This document shows positions 34,407 through 46,011 of a stretch of 64,000 bases of DNA, one piece after another; positions within the stretch are counted from its first letter, which is position 1, and every line of letters begins with the position of its first letter. Below the pieces are notes generated by a model. It saw only the letters and a program-made list of their open reading frames with translations, made no database searches and was not told the DNA's origin. The position numbers and the translations under genes are program-made. Location of the stretch: the NCBI GenBank assembly GCA_000004985.1, contig GG738878.1, one strand, 5' to 3'. This DNA is from Naegleria gruberi (lineage: Eukaryota).

Positions 34407-36709
34407 AACTGTGACAAGTTGATGATTATTCCTCGCATTAGCTTGTCCGGTAATTTCTCAATCCTTGCATAATCAGTGAAGAGGAGTTTTTTGTTTGAGA
34501 CTCCAAAGTTGACCAGTTCATTAAGAATATTCTCAAATAAAGGGCAATTTAAATAATTTTCAAAACTTGATGCAAGATCAAAGTAATTATCAATTGTAAT
34601 TATCAGCGTACTTTTAAAATAATCAACAAAATAATGAATTTCATGAATGATTGCCATATCAATTAATGTAAAAAGTTTTGATGGATCTATCTCGTAAACT
34701 GGAATTCCATAACAATATTTGATGATAATTTCTAATAATTCCAAATCCATTGAATCATCAGGTGTAAAGACATCATCACTAAGATCACTGAATGATGATC
34801 CACTTTCGAATAATGCATTAAAAAATGTACTTTTGGAACTGAGTATTGTTTTGTGGCAGTATAAATACTTGTCTTGTCCCATTTTGATTTTAACGTCGCT
34901 TGCTTTTTCATTATTAAATAATCTTTCAATTCCCTGTTGTTCAATTTCATTATCCTCCTGTATTTCAATTGGACTTGTAACATGTGTTTCCATTACAGAT
35001 AAAATGTTAAAGCTATATCTCTTAATGATGGGATAAGACAAAAGTGTTTTTCCTGTAAGAGACTTTAACTGGATGGCAGAATATTCCAAACAATAATTGT
35101 TCAAATATTCAAGTAAATGATTTTGAATTTCTATTTCTTCATGACAAAGTTTGAGTAAATTATCAACTTGTTCCCATTTTGAAGGAAGTGTTTCCAGTGT
35201 GATGGAATTAATAAATCCATGTACAAATGCTCTTTTAAAATCGATAAATTCACAATTCTTGAACATTCCTAAAATGAATAATACATTCAATATATCATAT
35301 TCTCTAAATGAATTCAATCTTTCAATCTCTGTAAATTGATATATATTTTCATATATCAATGAATCAATTAGTTTTTGTATAATTACTATTTGTTGCGAAT
35401 TCATTGATTTCAATAGTTTTTCATTTTTCAATATTATTTTACAAAATTGTGGTGATAACTTTTCTATTAATGGAATAAATCCAATCAATTCCAATCCAAA
35501 TAATTCATCTCTTGAATGTTTTTTCAATTGGATTTTTGGAATTATAGTATAATCATTTCCAATATGTGGATGCGATGAAAAATCAAATGGTGAATCACCT
35601 CCAAATCCTTCTTCACCATTTCCAGCAATTGTTTTAATTGTTCCATTTCTTAATATTTTTCTAATTCTATGATTTTCTGTATCAGCAATATAAACTTCAT
35701 CATTTCGAGAAACGAATATATTGTCTACATATGATATTTGTGCATTAATTGCAAGTCCTCCATCACCACTATATCCTTTAACTCCAGTTCCTGCAATTGT
35801 TGTAATATTGGCATTTCTTAATATTTTTCTAATTCTATAATTTCCACTATTCATAATATAAACTTCATTCGTTGATGAAACAAATACACCACATGGATGG
35901 TTAACTTGTGCATTAATTGCAGGACCACCATCACCACTGAATCCTTCTTCTCCAGTTCCTGCAATTGTATTAATAATTCCATTTCTTAATATTTTTCTAA
36001 TTCGATGATTGTTGTAATCTACAATATAAACTTCATCGTTATTAGAAACAAAAACACCACAAGGGCTGTCTAATTGTGCACTTGTTGCAGGGCCACCATC
36101 TCCACTAAATCCTTTTTCTCCAGTTCCTGCAATTGTTACAATAGTTCCATTTCTCAATATCTTTCTAATTCTATGATTTCCAAAATCAGAAAAATAAATT
36201 TCATCATTTTGAGAAACGAATATATTCTGTACATATGATATTTGTGCATTAATTGCAGGTCTACCATCACCACTATATCCTTTTTCTCCAGTTCCTGCAA
36301 TTGTTACAATATTGCCATTTCTTAATATTTTTCTAATTCTATAATTTCCACTATCAGCAAAAAAAACTTCATTCGTTGATGAAACAAATACACTACATGG
36401 ATGGCTCAATTGTGCACTTGTTGCAGGATCACCGTCACCACTAAATCCTTCTTCTCCAGTTCCTGCGATGGTGACTATAGTTCCATCTTTTAATATTTTT
36501 CTCACCCTATGATTTTGGCAATCTGCCATATAAACCTCATCATTCGGAGCAACAAACACTCCTCCCGGACAATTTAACATTGCTTTAGTGGCTAATTTTT
36601 TATTCATCATTTTAGCCTTTTTCTTTACTTTATTTTCGTCATTTTCATCATTTTCTGATGATGAAGAAGCCGATGATGATGCGGATGAAGAACAAAGGCT
36701 TCGTTTCAT
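34403..36709 (-). CDS. NHL-repeat beta-propeller protein with a C-terminal BTB/POZ domain (paralog A)
   Basis: About 769 aa from MKRSL at 36709. The ORF-track start at 36733 is an upstream in-frame TTG. It has at least 7 NHL-type repeats (..HRIRKILRNGTIVTIAGTGEEGFSGDGGPA..AQL..PCGVFVS..DEVY.AD..N). A helical middle region follows. The C-terminal BTB is DVKIKMGQDKYLYCHKTILSSKSTFFNALFESGSSFSDLSDDVFTPDDSMDLELLEIIIKYCYG. Its stop codon overlaps the stop of the convergent 7TM-RGS gene. Confidence 0.7.
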   Translation of the reverse strand: MKRSLCSSSASSSASSSSENDENDENKVKKKAKMMNKKLATKAMLNCPGGVFVAPNDEVYMADCQNHRVRKILKDGTIVTIAGTGEEGFSGDGDPATSAQLSHPCSVFVSSTNEVFFADSGNYRIRKILRNGNIVTIAGTGEKGYSGDGRPAINAQISYVQNIFVSQNDEIYFSDFGNHRIRKILRNGTIVTIAGTGEKGFSGDGGPATSAQLDSPCGVFVSNNDEVYIVDYNNHRIRKILRNGIINTIAGTGEEGFSGDGGPAINAQVNHPCGVFVSSTNEVYIMNSGNYRIRKILRNANITTIAGTGVKGYSGDGGLAINAQISYVDNIFVSRNDEVYIADTENHRIRKILRNGTIKTIAGNGEEGFGGDSPFDFSSHPHIGNDYTIIPKIQLKKHSRDELFGLELIGFIPLIEKLSPQFCKIILKNEKLLKSMNSQQIVIIQKLIDSLIYENIYQFTEIERLNSFREYDILNVLFILGMFKNCEFIDFKRAFVHGFINSITLETLPSKWEQVDNLLKLCHEEIEIQNHLLEYLNNYCLEYSAIQLKSLTGKTLLSYPIIKRYSFNILSVMETHVTSPIEIQEDNEIEQQGIERLFNNEKASDVKIKMGQDKYLYCHKTILSSKSTFFNALFESGSSFSDLSDDVFTPDDSMDLELLEIIIKYCYGIPVYEIDPSKLFTLIDMAIIHEIHYFVDYFKSTLIITIDNYFDLASSFENYLNCPLFENILNELVNFGVSNKKLLFTDYARIEKLPDKLMRGIIINLSQF

Positions 36710-36752
36710 TTTTTTTGTAAAAAAAATCTTCAAATGAAAAGATCAAGTCAAC

Positions 36753-39187
36753 NNNNNNNNNNNNNNNNNNNNNNNNNNNNNNNNNNNNNNNNNNNNNNNN
36801 NNNNNNNNNNNNNNNNNNNNNNNNNNNNNNNNNNNNNNNNNNNNNNNNNNNNNNNNNNNNNNNNNNNNNNNNNNNNNNNNNNNNNNNNNNNNNNNNNNNN
36901 NNNNNNNNNNNNNNNNNNNNNNNNNNNNNNNNNNNNNNNNNNNNNNNNNNNNNNNNNNNNNNNNNNNNNNNNNNNNNNNNNNNNNNNNNNNNNNNNNNNN
37001 NNNNNNNNNNNNNNNNNNNNNNNNNNNNNNNNNNNNNNNNNNNNNNNNNNNNNNNNNNNNNNNNNNNNNNNNNNNNNNNNNNNNNNNNNNNNNNNNNNNN
37101 NNNNNNNNNNNNNNNNNNNNNNNNNNNNNNNNNNNNNNNNNNNNNNNNNNNNNNNNNNNNNNNNNNNNNNNNNNNNNNNNNNNNNNNNNNNNNNNNNNNN
37201 NNNNNNNNNNNNNNNNNNNNNNNNNNNNNNNNNNNNNNNNNNNNNNNNNNNNNNNNNNNNNNNNNNNNNNNNNNNNNNNNNNNNNNNNNNNNNNNNNNNN
37301 NNNNNNNNNNNNNNNNNNNNNNNNNNNNNNNNNNNNNNNNNNNNNNNNNNNNNNNNNNNNNNNNNNNNNNNNNNNNNNNNNNNNNNNNNNNNNNNNNNNN
37401 NNNNNNNNNNNNNNNNNNNNNNNNNNNNNNNNNNNNNNNNNNNNNNNNNNNNNNNNNNNNNNNNNNNNNNNNNNNNNNNNNNNNNNNNNNNNNNNNNNNN
37501 NNNNNNNNNNNNNNNNNNNNNNNNNNNNNNNNNNNNNNNNNNNNNNNNNNNNNNNNNNNNNNNNNNNNNNNNNNNNNNNNNNNNNNNNNNNNNNNNNNNN
37601 NNNNNNNNNNNNNNNNNNNNNNNNNNNNNNNNNNNNNNNNNNNNNNNNNNNNNNNNNNNNNNNNNNNNNNNNNNNNNNNNNNNNNNNNNNNNNNNNNNNN
37701 NNNNNNNNNNNNNNNNNNNNNNNNNNNNNNNNNNNNNNNNNNNNNNNNNNNNNNNNNNNNNNNNNNNNNNNNNNNNNNNNNNNNNNNNNNNNNNNNNNNN
37801 NNNNNNNNNNNNNNNNNNNNNNNNNNNNNNNNNNNNNNNNNNNNNNNNNNNNNNNNNNNNNNNNNNNNNNNNNNNNNNNNNNNNNNNNNNNNNNNNNNNN
37901 NNNNNNNNNNNNNNNNNNNNNNNNNNNNNNNNNNNNNNNNNNNNNNNNNNNNNNNNNNNNNNNNNNNNNNNNNNNNNNNNNNNNNNNNNNNNNNNNNNNN
38001 NNNNNNNNNNNNNNNNNNNNNNNNNNNNNNNNNNNNNNNNNNNNNNNNNNNNNNNNNNNNNNNNNNNNNNNNNNNNNNNNNNNNNNNNNNNNNNNNNNNN
38101 NNNNNNNNNNNNNNNNNNNNNNNNNNNNNNNNNNNNNNNNNNNNNNNNNNNNNNNNNNNNNNNNNNNNNNNNNNNNNNNNNNNNNNNNNNNNNNNNNNNN
38201 NNNNNNNNNNNNNNNNNNNNNNNNNNNNNNNNNNNNNNNNNNNNNNNNNNNNNNNNNNNNNNNNNNNNNNNNNNNNNNNNNNNNNNNNNNNNNNNNNNNN
38301 NNNNNNNNNNNNNNNNNNNNNNNNNNNNNNNNNNNNNNNNNNNNNNNNNNNNNNNNNNNNNNNNNNNNNNNNNNNNNNNNNNNNNNNNNNNNNNNNNNNN
38401 NNNNNNNNNNNNNNNNNNNNNNNNNNNNNNNNNNNNNNNNNNNNNNNNNNNNNNNNNNNNNNNNNNNNNNNNNNNNNNNNNNNNNNNNNNNNNNNNNNNN
38501 NNNNNNNNNNNNNNNNNNNNNNNNNNNNNNNNNNNNNNNNNNNNNNNNNNNNNNNNNNNNNNNNNNNNNNNNNNNNNNNNNNNNNNNNNNNNNNNNNNNN
38601 NNNNNNNNNNNNNNNNNNNNNNNNNNNNNNNNNNNNNNNNNNNNNNNNNNNNNNNNNNNNNNNNNNNNNNNNNNNNNNNNNNNNNNNNNNNNNNNNNNNN
38701 NNNNNNNNNNNNNNNNNNNNNNNNNNNNNNNNNNNNNNNNNNNNNNNNNNNNNNNNNNNNNNNNNNNNNNNNNNNNNNNNNNNNNNNNNNNNNNNNNNNN
38801 NNNNNNNNNNNNNNNNNNNNNNNNNNNNNNNNNNNNNNNNNNNNNNNNNNNNNNNNNNNNNNNNNNNNNNNNNNNNNNNNNNNNNNNNNNNNNNNNNNNN
38901 NNNNNNNNNNNNNNNNNNNNNNNNNNNNNNNNNNNNNNNNNNNNNNNNNNNNNNNNNNNNNNNNNNNNNNNNNNNNNNNNNNNNNNNNNNNNNNNNNNNN
39001 NNNNNNNNNNNNNNNNNNNNNNNNNNNNNNNNNNNNNNNNNNNNNNNNNNNNNNNNNNNNNNNNNNNNNNNNNNNNNNNNNNNNNNNNNNNNNNNNNNNN
39101 NNNNNNNNNNNNNNNNNNNNNNNNNNNNNNNNNNNNNNNNNNNNNNNNNNNNNNNNNNNNNNNNNNNNNNNNNNNNNNNNNNNNNNN
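36753..39187. other. assembly gap (N-run, 2435 nt)
   Basis: A continuous run of n characters. ORF-track entries that cross it (X-stretch ORFs) are artifacts. Confidence 1.
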
Positions 39188-40599
39188 AAAATGAATAATA
39201 CATTCAATATATCATATACTCTAAATGAATTCAATCTTTCAACCTCTGTAAAATGATATATATTTTCATATATCAATGAATCAATTAGTTTTTGTATAAT
39301 TTCTATTTGTTGCGAATTCATTGATCTCAATAGTTTTTCATTTTTCAATATTATTTTACAAAATTGTGGTGATAATTTTTCTATTAATGGAATAAATCCA
39401 ATCAAATTCAATCCAAATAATTCATCTCTTGAATGTTTTTTCAATTGGATTTTTGGAATTATAGTATAATCATTTCCAATATGTGGATGCGATGAAAAAT
39501 CAAATGGTGAATCACCTCCAAATCCTTTTTCACCATTTCCAGCAATTGTTTCAATTGTTCCATCTTTCAATATTTTTCTAATTCGATGATTATTTGTATC
39601 AGCAATATAAACTTCATCATTTTGAGAAACAAATATATTCTCTACATATGATATTTGTGCATTAATTGCAAGTCCTCCATCACCACTATATCCTTTAACT
39701 CCAGTTCCTGCAATTGTTGTAATATTGCCATTTCTTAATATTTTCCTAATTCTATAATTATAACTATCAGTAATATAAACTTCATTCGTTGATGAAACAA
39801 ATACACCACATGGATGGCTCAATTGTGCACTTGTTGCAGGTCCTCCATCACCTCCAAATCCTTGTTCACCAGTTCCTGCAATTGTTATAATTGTTCCATC
39901 TTGCAACATCTTTCTAATTCGATGACTCTTGTAATCTACAATATAAACTTCATCGTTATTAGAAACAAAAACACCACAAGGGGTGTTTAATTTTGCATTA
40001 ATTGCAGGACCACCATCTCCACTAAATCCTTGTTCACCAGTTCCTGCAATTGTTACAATAGTTCCATTTCTCAATATCTTTCTAATTCTATGATTTCTAA
40101 AATCAGAAAAATAAACTTCATCATTTTGAGAAACGAATATATTATTTACAGCTGATATTTGTGCATTAATTGCAGGTCCTCCATCTCCACTATATCCTTC
40201 TTCTCCAGTTCCTGCAATTGTTACAATATTGCCATTTCTTAATATTTTTCTAATTCTATAATTTCCAAAATCAGAAATATAAACTTCATTCGTTGATGAA
40301 ACAAATACATCACATGGATGGTTAAATTGTGCACTTGTTGCAGGTCCACCATCACCACTGAATCCTTCTCCTTCTTCTTCTCCAATTCCTGCAATGGTGA
40401 CTATGGTTCCATCTTTTAATATTTTTCTCACCCGATGATTTAGGTTATCAGCAATATAAATTTCATCATTCGGAGCAACAAACACTCCTCCTGGACAATT
40501 TAACATTGCATCGGTGGCCATCATCATTTTGGCTTTTTTAAATTTATTTTCATCAGCAACATTTTCGTCATTATTAGAGGAAGCAAGACTTCGTTTCAT
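39188..40599 (-). CDS. NHL-repeat/BTB protein paralog B (5' part only; the 3' end lies in the assembly gap)
   Basis: It starts MKRSLASSNNDENVADENKFKKAKMMMATDAMLNCPGGVFVAPNDEIYIADNLNHRVRKIL.. and continues with NHL repeats. The sequence just right of the gap (39188..~39520) is about 97% identical to 35281..35610 of paralog A. Confidence 0.65.
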
Positions 40600-41319
40600 T
40601 TTTTTTTAACATTTTCAATACAGGTTTACAATGAATATATTAGGTTACTGCTAAGACAAAATTGACTTTGGATTGTAAAAACAGTGTTTCATGTTTGCTT
40701 TCCAAAAATCTTGTTTTAAATTCTTTCTTAATGTAATAAAACTTTATTTTAAAAAAACTTAATATAGAAATAATAGATTCAGTGAAATTTTGATGTTGGA
40801 TTGTGGATTTTGTTATTTAATGGATGGGTCTTGTGTAGCCTGTCTCCATCCATAGATATGCTATCATTGAAACTTGGCGATTACAAAAAAATTATCTGAA
40901 GTTGGGCCAATTAGACAATGACTACAATAATAGCACACACTCTCTGGAGAAACTCTCTCGTCTTATCAGCAAAGACTCCTCAACTTTATTTGGGACAAGC
41001 ACAAAAGAACACCTAAGAACGTGGCAGCTTTAAAACACTTTAACTCTTGTTAATACATAATATTTGGTGTTGGTGGTAGACGAGACATCAAGTATGTCGA
41101 TGTTATTACAAAACTGTGTGATGTTCGACTCATTTGATTTGGTCTGATTGTTTTTTTTGATCACGTTTAGCTGATTAAGTTTATCATGAGATTAGAAGTA
41201 TCCCTATTCCTTGATTCGAATATGTTTTCAAATAAAGCTTGGAATCGAACTCATCAGATACAACAATTTCAAAATAGATAACTAGTCCTTTAAACTAATA
41301 TTACAAAAAGTTTAAAAAA

Positions 41320-43686
41320 ATGAAACGAAGTCTTGCTACTACACATTCATCGGAATCGAATAATGGAGAAAGTTGTGATGCTGCTAATGATGAAAATAAA
41401 TTAAAAAAGGCTAAAATGATGATGGCCACCGATGCAATGCTAAATTGTCCAGTGGAGGTATTTGTTGCTCCGAATGATGAAATTTATATTGCTGATAGAG
41501 ATAATCATCGGGTGAGAAAAATACTAAAAGATGGAACAATGGTAACCATTGCAGGATGGAGTTTTGGTGGTTTTGGTGGTGATGGTGGTCCTGCAACGAG
41601 TGCAATGTTGGATTTTCCCACAAGTATTGCTGTTTCTTCAGATAATGAAGTGTATATTGCTGATTTGGGAATTTATAGAATTAGGAAAATATTAAGAAAT
41701 GGTAATATTGTAACAATTGCTGGAACTGGAGAAGAAGGATTTAGTGGTGATGGAGGACCTGCAATTAATGCACAAATATCAGCTGTGTGGAATATTGCCC
41801 TTTCTCAAAATAATGAATTGTATTTTGTTGACTATTCAAACTGTAGAATCAGGAAAATATTAAGAAATGGAACTATTGTAACAATTGCAGGAACTGGAGA
41901 AGACGGATTTAGTGGAGATGGTGGACTCGCAATCAATGCAAAACTTGGCTATCCTTGCAGTGTTTTTGTTTCCAAAGATGATGAGGTGTATATTGCTGAT
42001 AGCCAAAATAATAGGGTGAGAAAAATATTGAGAAATGGAATTATTAATACAATTGCAGGAACTGGAGAAGAAGGATTCAGTGGTGATGGTGGACCTGCAA
42101 CAAATGCACAATTGAACGTTCCATGTGGTGTATTTGTTTCAGCAACGAATGAAGTTTATATTGTGGATAGTGGAAATTGTAGAATTAGAAAAATATTGAG
42201 AAATGGAATTATTAATACAATTGCAGGAACTGGAGAAGAAGGATATAGTGGTGATGGAGGACCTGCAATTAATGCACAAATATCAAATGTATACAATATA
42301 TTCGTTTCTCAAAATGATGAAGTTTATATTGCCGATACAAATAATCACAGAATTAGAAAAATATTGAAAGATGGAACAATTGAAACAATTGCTGGAAATG
42401 GTGAAAAAGGATTCAGTGGTGATTCACCATTTGATTTTTCATCGCATCCACACATTGGAAATGATTATACTATAATTCCAAAAATCCAATTGAAAAAACA
42501 TTCAAGAGATGAATTATTTGGATTGGAATTGATTGGATTTATTCCATTAATAGAAAAGTTATCACCACAATTTTGTAAAATAATATTGAAAAATGAAAAA
42601 CTATTGAAATCAATGAATTCGCAACAAATAGAAATTATTCAAAAACTAATTGATTCATTGATATATGAAAATGTATATCATTTTACAGAGATTGAAAGAT
42701 TGAATTCATTTAAAGAATATGATATATTGAATGTATTATTCATTTTAGGAATGTTCAAGAATTGTGAATTTATTGATTTTAAAAGAGTATTTGTAAACGC
42801 ATTTATTAATTCCATCACGCTGGAAACACTTCCTTCAAAATGGGAACAAAGTGAGAATTTACTCAAATTTTGTCAAGAAATAGAAGTTGAAAATTACATA
42901 TTGGAATATTTGAATAATTATTGTTTGGAATATTCTGCCATTCAATTGAGAAATCCACAATCAGCAAAACATCTTAAAACTGCACCAATCATTATGAGAA
43001 ATAGTCTGAATATTGTATTAATGTTGGAAGTAACAACGACAAGTCCAATGCAAATAGAAGACACTGAAATTAAACTACAAGGAATGGAATCACTATTTAA
43101 TGATGAGAAGTCCAGTGATGTTAAAATCAAAATAAGCAAAGACCAATATTTATATTGTCACAAATCAATACTAAGCAGTTCGTGTATTTTTTTTAATGCA
43201 TTATTCGAAAGTGGATCATCATTCAGTGATCTTAGTGATGATGTCTTTACACCTGATGAATCAGAAGATTTAGAATTATTGGAAATTAGTATCAAAAGTT
43301 GTTATGGGATTCCAATCCATAACTCTTTTAGTTTTATTAGATTAATAGATATAGCTTTGAAACATGAAAATCAATGCCTAATTTATCATTGCAAGAAAAA
43401 CTTTTCACTAACAATTGATAATTATTTCGAAAAAGCCTTAGAATGTGGAAAATATTTTCATTTAGATTGTTTTTCAAGTTTTTTTGATACTTTTTTGAGC
43501 TTTGGAACACGAAATTGTGAAAAACTCTTCACAGATTGTGCAAAAGTTGGTCAATTACCAGAGCAACTTCGCAATGCCTTAATCATCGACTTTACACTAG
43601 TGTTGAGCTTTTCCTCGAGACCTGCTCTCACTTGGAGATATCCGAATGTTTATTATGATGACCCTGAGTTTGGTGTTCGTTTTTAA
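41320..43686 (+). CDS. NHL-repeat/BTB protein paralog C (788 aa)
   Basis: It has the same architecture and an N-terminus collinear with paralogs A and B (MKRSLATTHSSESNNGESCDAANDENKLKKAKMMMATDAMLNCP..). The C-terminal BTB is DVKIKISKDQYLYCHKSILSSSCIFFNALFESGSSFSDLSDDVFTPDESEDLELLEISIKSCYG. Confidence 0.7.
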   Translation: MKRSLATTHSSESNNGESCDAANDENKLKKAKMMMATDAMLNCPVEVFVAPNDEIYIADRDNHRVRKILKDGTMVTIAGWSFGGFGGDGGPATSAMLDFPTSIAVSSDNEVYIADLGIYRIRKILRNGNIVTIAGTGEEGFSGDGGPAINAQISAVWNIALSQNNELYFVDYSNCRIRKILRNGTIVTIAGTGEDGFSGDGGLAINAKLGYPCSVFVSKDDEVYIADSQNNRVRKILRNGIINTIAGTGEEGFSGDGGPATNAQLNVPCGVFVSATNEVYIVDSGNCRIRKILRNGIINTIAGTGEEGYSGDGGPAINAQISNVYNIFVSQNDEVYIADTNNHRIRKILKDGTIETIAGNGEKGFSGDSPFDFSSHPHIGNDYTIIPKIQLKKHSRDELFGLELIGFIPLIEKLSPQFCKIILKNEKLLKSMNSQQIEIIQKLIDSLIYENVYHFTEIERLNSFKEYDILNVLFILGMFKNCEFIDFKRVFVNAFINSITLETLPSKWEQSENLLKFCQEIEVENYILEYLNNYCLEYSAIQLRNPQSAKHLKTAPIIMRNSLNIVLMLEVTTTSPMQIEDTEIKLQGMESLFNDEKSSDVKIKISKDQYLYCHKSILSSSCIFFNALFESGSSFSDLSDDVFTPDESEDLELLEISIKSCYGIPIHNSFSFIRLIDIALKHENQCLIYHCKKNFSLTIDNYFEKALECGKYFHLDCFSSFFDTFLSFGTRNCEKLFTDCAKVGQLPEQLRNALIIDFTLVLSFSSRPALTWRYPNVYYDDPEFGVRF

Positions 43687-43838
43687 TTCCCATGTTTTCT
43701 CTATGAAATTATGAAATGTTTGGCAAACTGTATTTCTACTTCCAAAATAGAACTAATAGTTCAGCAGAACTTTTACCGTAAACACAAATAAAAGTAGCAA
43801 TTCAGTTTGAGCTCCGTGAATGAGTTCTATTAAGAAAA

Positions 43839-44255
43839 ATGTCTTCACAACTGCCTGATAAATTGCTAGACAAACTCGCAACTCTAGACAAGACCATTCT
43901 CTCATTCTGGCAACACAAACAGCAATCCATTCGACAATTCAAACACTGGTTCGATTTATCGGTGGAACCTTATGTTTCTATTGAGGATTTTCCAACCCTA
44001 TTGAAAACCATCTCATCAGGAAATGTTTTCTGTGGCAGAGAAAAATTGTGCGGTTCTGAATGTTATGAAAGGATTGTGAAACATTTGGGTGATTATGTAA
44101 AATTAGTAAGAGAGTTGTTTCCAGAGTCGAATGTTAGGATATTTGATGATGAATATTATGCAGATTCGTGGGAAGGAGGTTTTGGATCATCGGAAGTGGT
44201 ATTTATGGTAGAGGGAAAGTTTGCCTTGTTCTTTTGGGAGAAGGGTGATTGGTAG
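43839..44255 (+). CDS. hypothetical protein (138 aa)
   Basis: A clean ATG-initiated ORF downstream of the NHL/BTB gene. No recognisable domain. Confidence 0.3.
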   Translation: MSSQLPDKLLDKLATLDKTILSFWQHKQQSIRQFKHWFDLSVEPYVSIEDFPTLLKTISSGNVFCGREKLCGSECYERIVKHLGDYVKLVRELFPESNVRIFDDEYYADSWEGGFGSSEVVFMVEGKFALFFWEKGDW

Positions 44256-44434
44256 TATGTGTGTGAAATGGTGGAATTGTTTTCAACTTCCTTAATCTGG
44301 CGAAGATTAGAGAATTATGATTTGATTGGTTATCACTAAAATATCAATGAATTCACATGAGGTGAGATTGATGAAGCAACATTAGGTTGTAACAATACCA
44401 AACCAAGAGTCTTTTTTGTGAATACATCTTAATA

Positions 44435-45756
44435 TTACTTGGATTTTGGAAGAATCTTTTGTAAATATTCAAAAACTGTTTCTTTATCTTTTAAGTGAAT
44501 TTTCAAGATTCCTGAATATAAATTTCCAAGTCTGATATCATTCTCTGCAAGAAGTTGCACAAATTCTTTCAAATCTCGACTGAAATCTGTAGACGAAAAT
44601 GAATAATAGATTAGAGATTTGTTAGACAATGATGCAGATAGCATTTGAATAACACTTTTCAATGTCTATCACCACGGAATACGCCACATCCCCAATTGCC
44701 TGTTGCTATTGTTGAATATTTGGAAAATGTAAAACCTGTTTGAGATTTTAAGATTTCCCTCTTAACATTTTGAGGTTCAAATTGAGAATTAGTATCCTTT
44801 CCAAAGAATGATAAGGCATCAATGGCACAAATCTCATTAATGTGAGGACTCTCATCAACACATACTCCTTCATACTTGAAATCCTCTCCAAACCCTGAAT
44901 AATGGGAATATTTTCTAGCTCCATTAATGAGTATAGCTTCATTGTCGTTCATCTTTTCACAAATTAATCTGGCTATATTCTTTTCGAATGAAATGGAGAA
45001 CATTATCTCTTCCTGTACACACCCATAAGAAAGAGATGCTCCTCCAATGAATTGATTGGCAAAATCCACATGCGTTGCGTTTGGTTCATCATTGATAGAT
45101 CCGCTGGCTTTGATTTGAACTTGGCAAAGTCTTTCTTGTGATTTTTCGATAGATGGAATTGAATTTAAATGAACTCTACTAATTGTAATTACATCTTTTG
45201 AAATCCCATTCTGAATCACATTCCATTCCCTCTCCATTAATGAGAAATAGTTCAATACCAAGCATTTCACTCTGTAATTATTTCACAATACAATTATTCA
45301 AGTATAAACCTACTCTTCACTTATTTCAGTACTATACATATCTGTAAAATTAATGGATGGAAATATTTCCCAACACTCCTCATAACAAGCTCTCTTCCAC
45401 AAACAAAAAAAGCTATTTGCCAACAAAGAGGCAGCTGCCATCCTTGTAATTTCCACTGTCAAATTATTGCCTCTCCTCAAGTAAGGTAAACTATTCGGCT
45501 TTAGATATTTATCACTTTCCAACACTAATTTTACAATGAATGGAATAACTTTTGAGAGTAGTCCAGTCTTTCCGTGATCCTTCTCATAATATTTCTTATC
45601 ATACAAACTTAAAGCATTCACCAAAATTAAATAATTATCATCCAAATATTCGATCGGATCACCTGTAAAGGGATGAATCTTACTCGATAATTCATAAATG
45701 ACCTTTGCAACCATTCGGGATGTAATATTCTTTGGTTTTTCAATTAGTTTTTTCAA
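44435..45756 (-). CDS. PARG: poly(ADP-ribose) glycohydrolase (PARG) catalytic-domain protein; a 42-nt intron at roughly 45272..45313 and an apparent 1-nt frameshift near 44660
   Basis: The 45310..45756 part has AAASLLANSFFCLWKRA..FPSINFTDMYS (the PARG N-terminal macro-fold region). The 44659..45270 part has the PARG signature VDFANQFIGGASLSYGCVQEEIMF plus TGNWGCGVFRGD. The 44435..44662 part continues as KSVIQMLSASLS.., matching PARG's GDARLKALLQIL. The intron is GAAGA|GTAGGT..AATTACAG|A. The 5' end of the gene is not resolved. Confidence 0.75.
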
Positions 45757-46011
45757 AAGTTGTTCTATTGAATTCCATCTCTTTTCTTGATACGGAAATT
45801 GAACAAATTTTACTGTTCCTTCTCTTTCATGATTGAGGAGGCCTCCTCTTGTTTCAGATCAACTTCAATCATGAATTTTTTTTAAATTATATTTACAGTA
45901 AGATTGGCGCCAAAAAACCAATTACCAAAATCAAAAAAAATTAACAAACACATCATTTCAGTTACAAGATGGTTTGAATTGTTATGGAATTGGACTAACC
46001 ACAACAAAAAA

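Noticed and set aside
36648-40599. Very long ORFs in the track (36648..39203 minus, 36734..39256 plus, 36748..40599 minus) containing hundreds of X residues
   Set aside because: They simply read through the 2435-nt N-run (36753..39187). Only the flanking real sequence is meaningful. The right flank is the 5' half of NHL/BTB paralog B.
45757-45880. A candidate 5' exon for PARG (ATGATTGAAGTTGATCTGAAACAAGAGGAGGCCTCCTCAATCATGAAAGAGAAGGAACA|GTAAAA)
   Set aside because: Any intron joining it to the 45310..45756 exon would be only about 28-33 nt, and no acceptor gives the correct phase. The true PARG start therefore remains unresolved.
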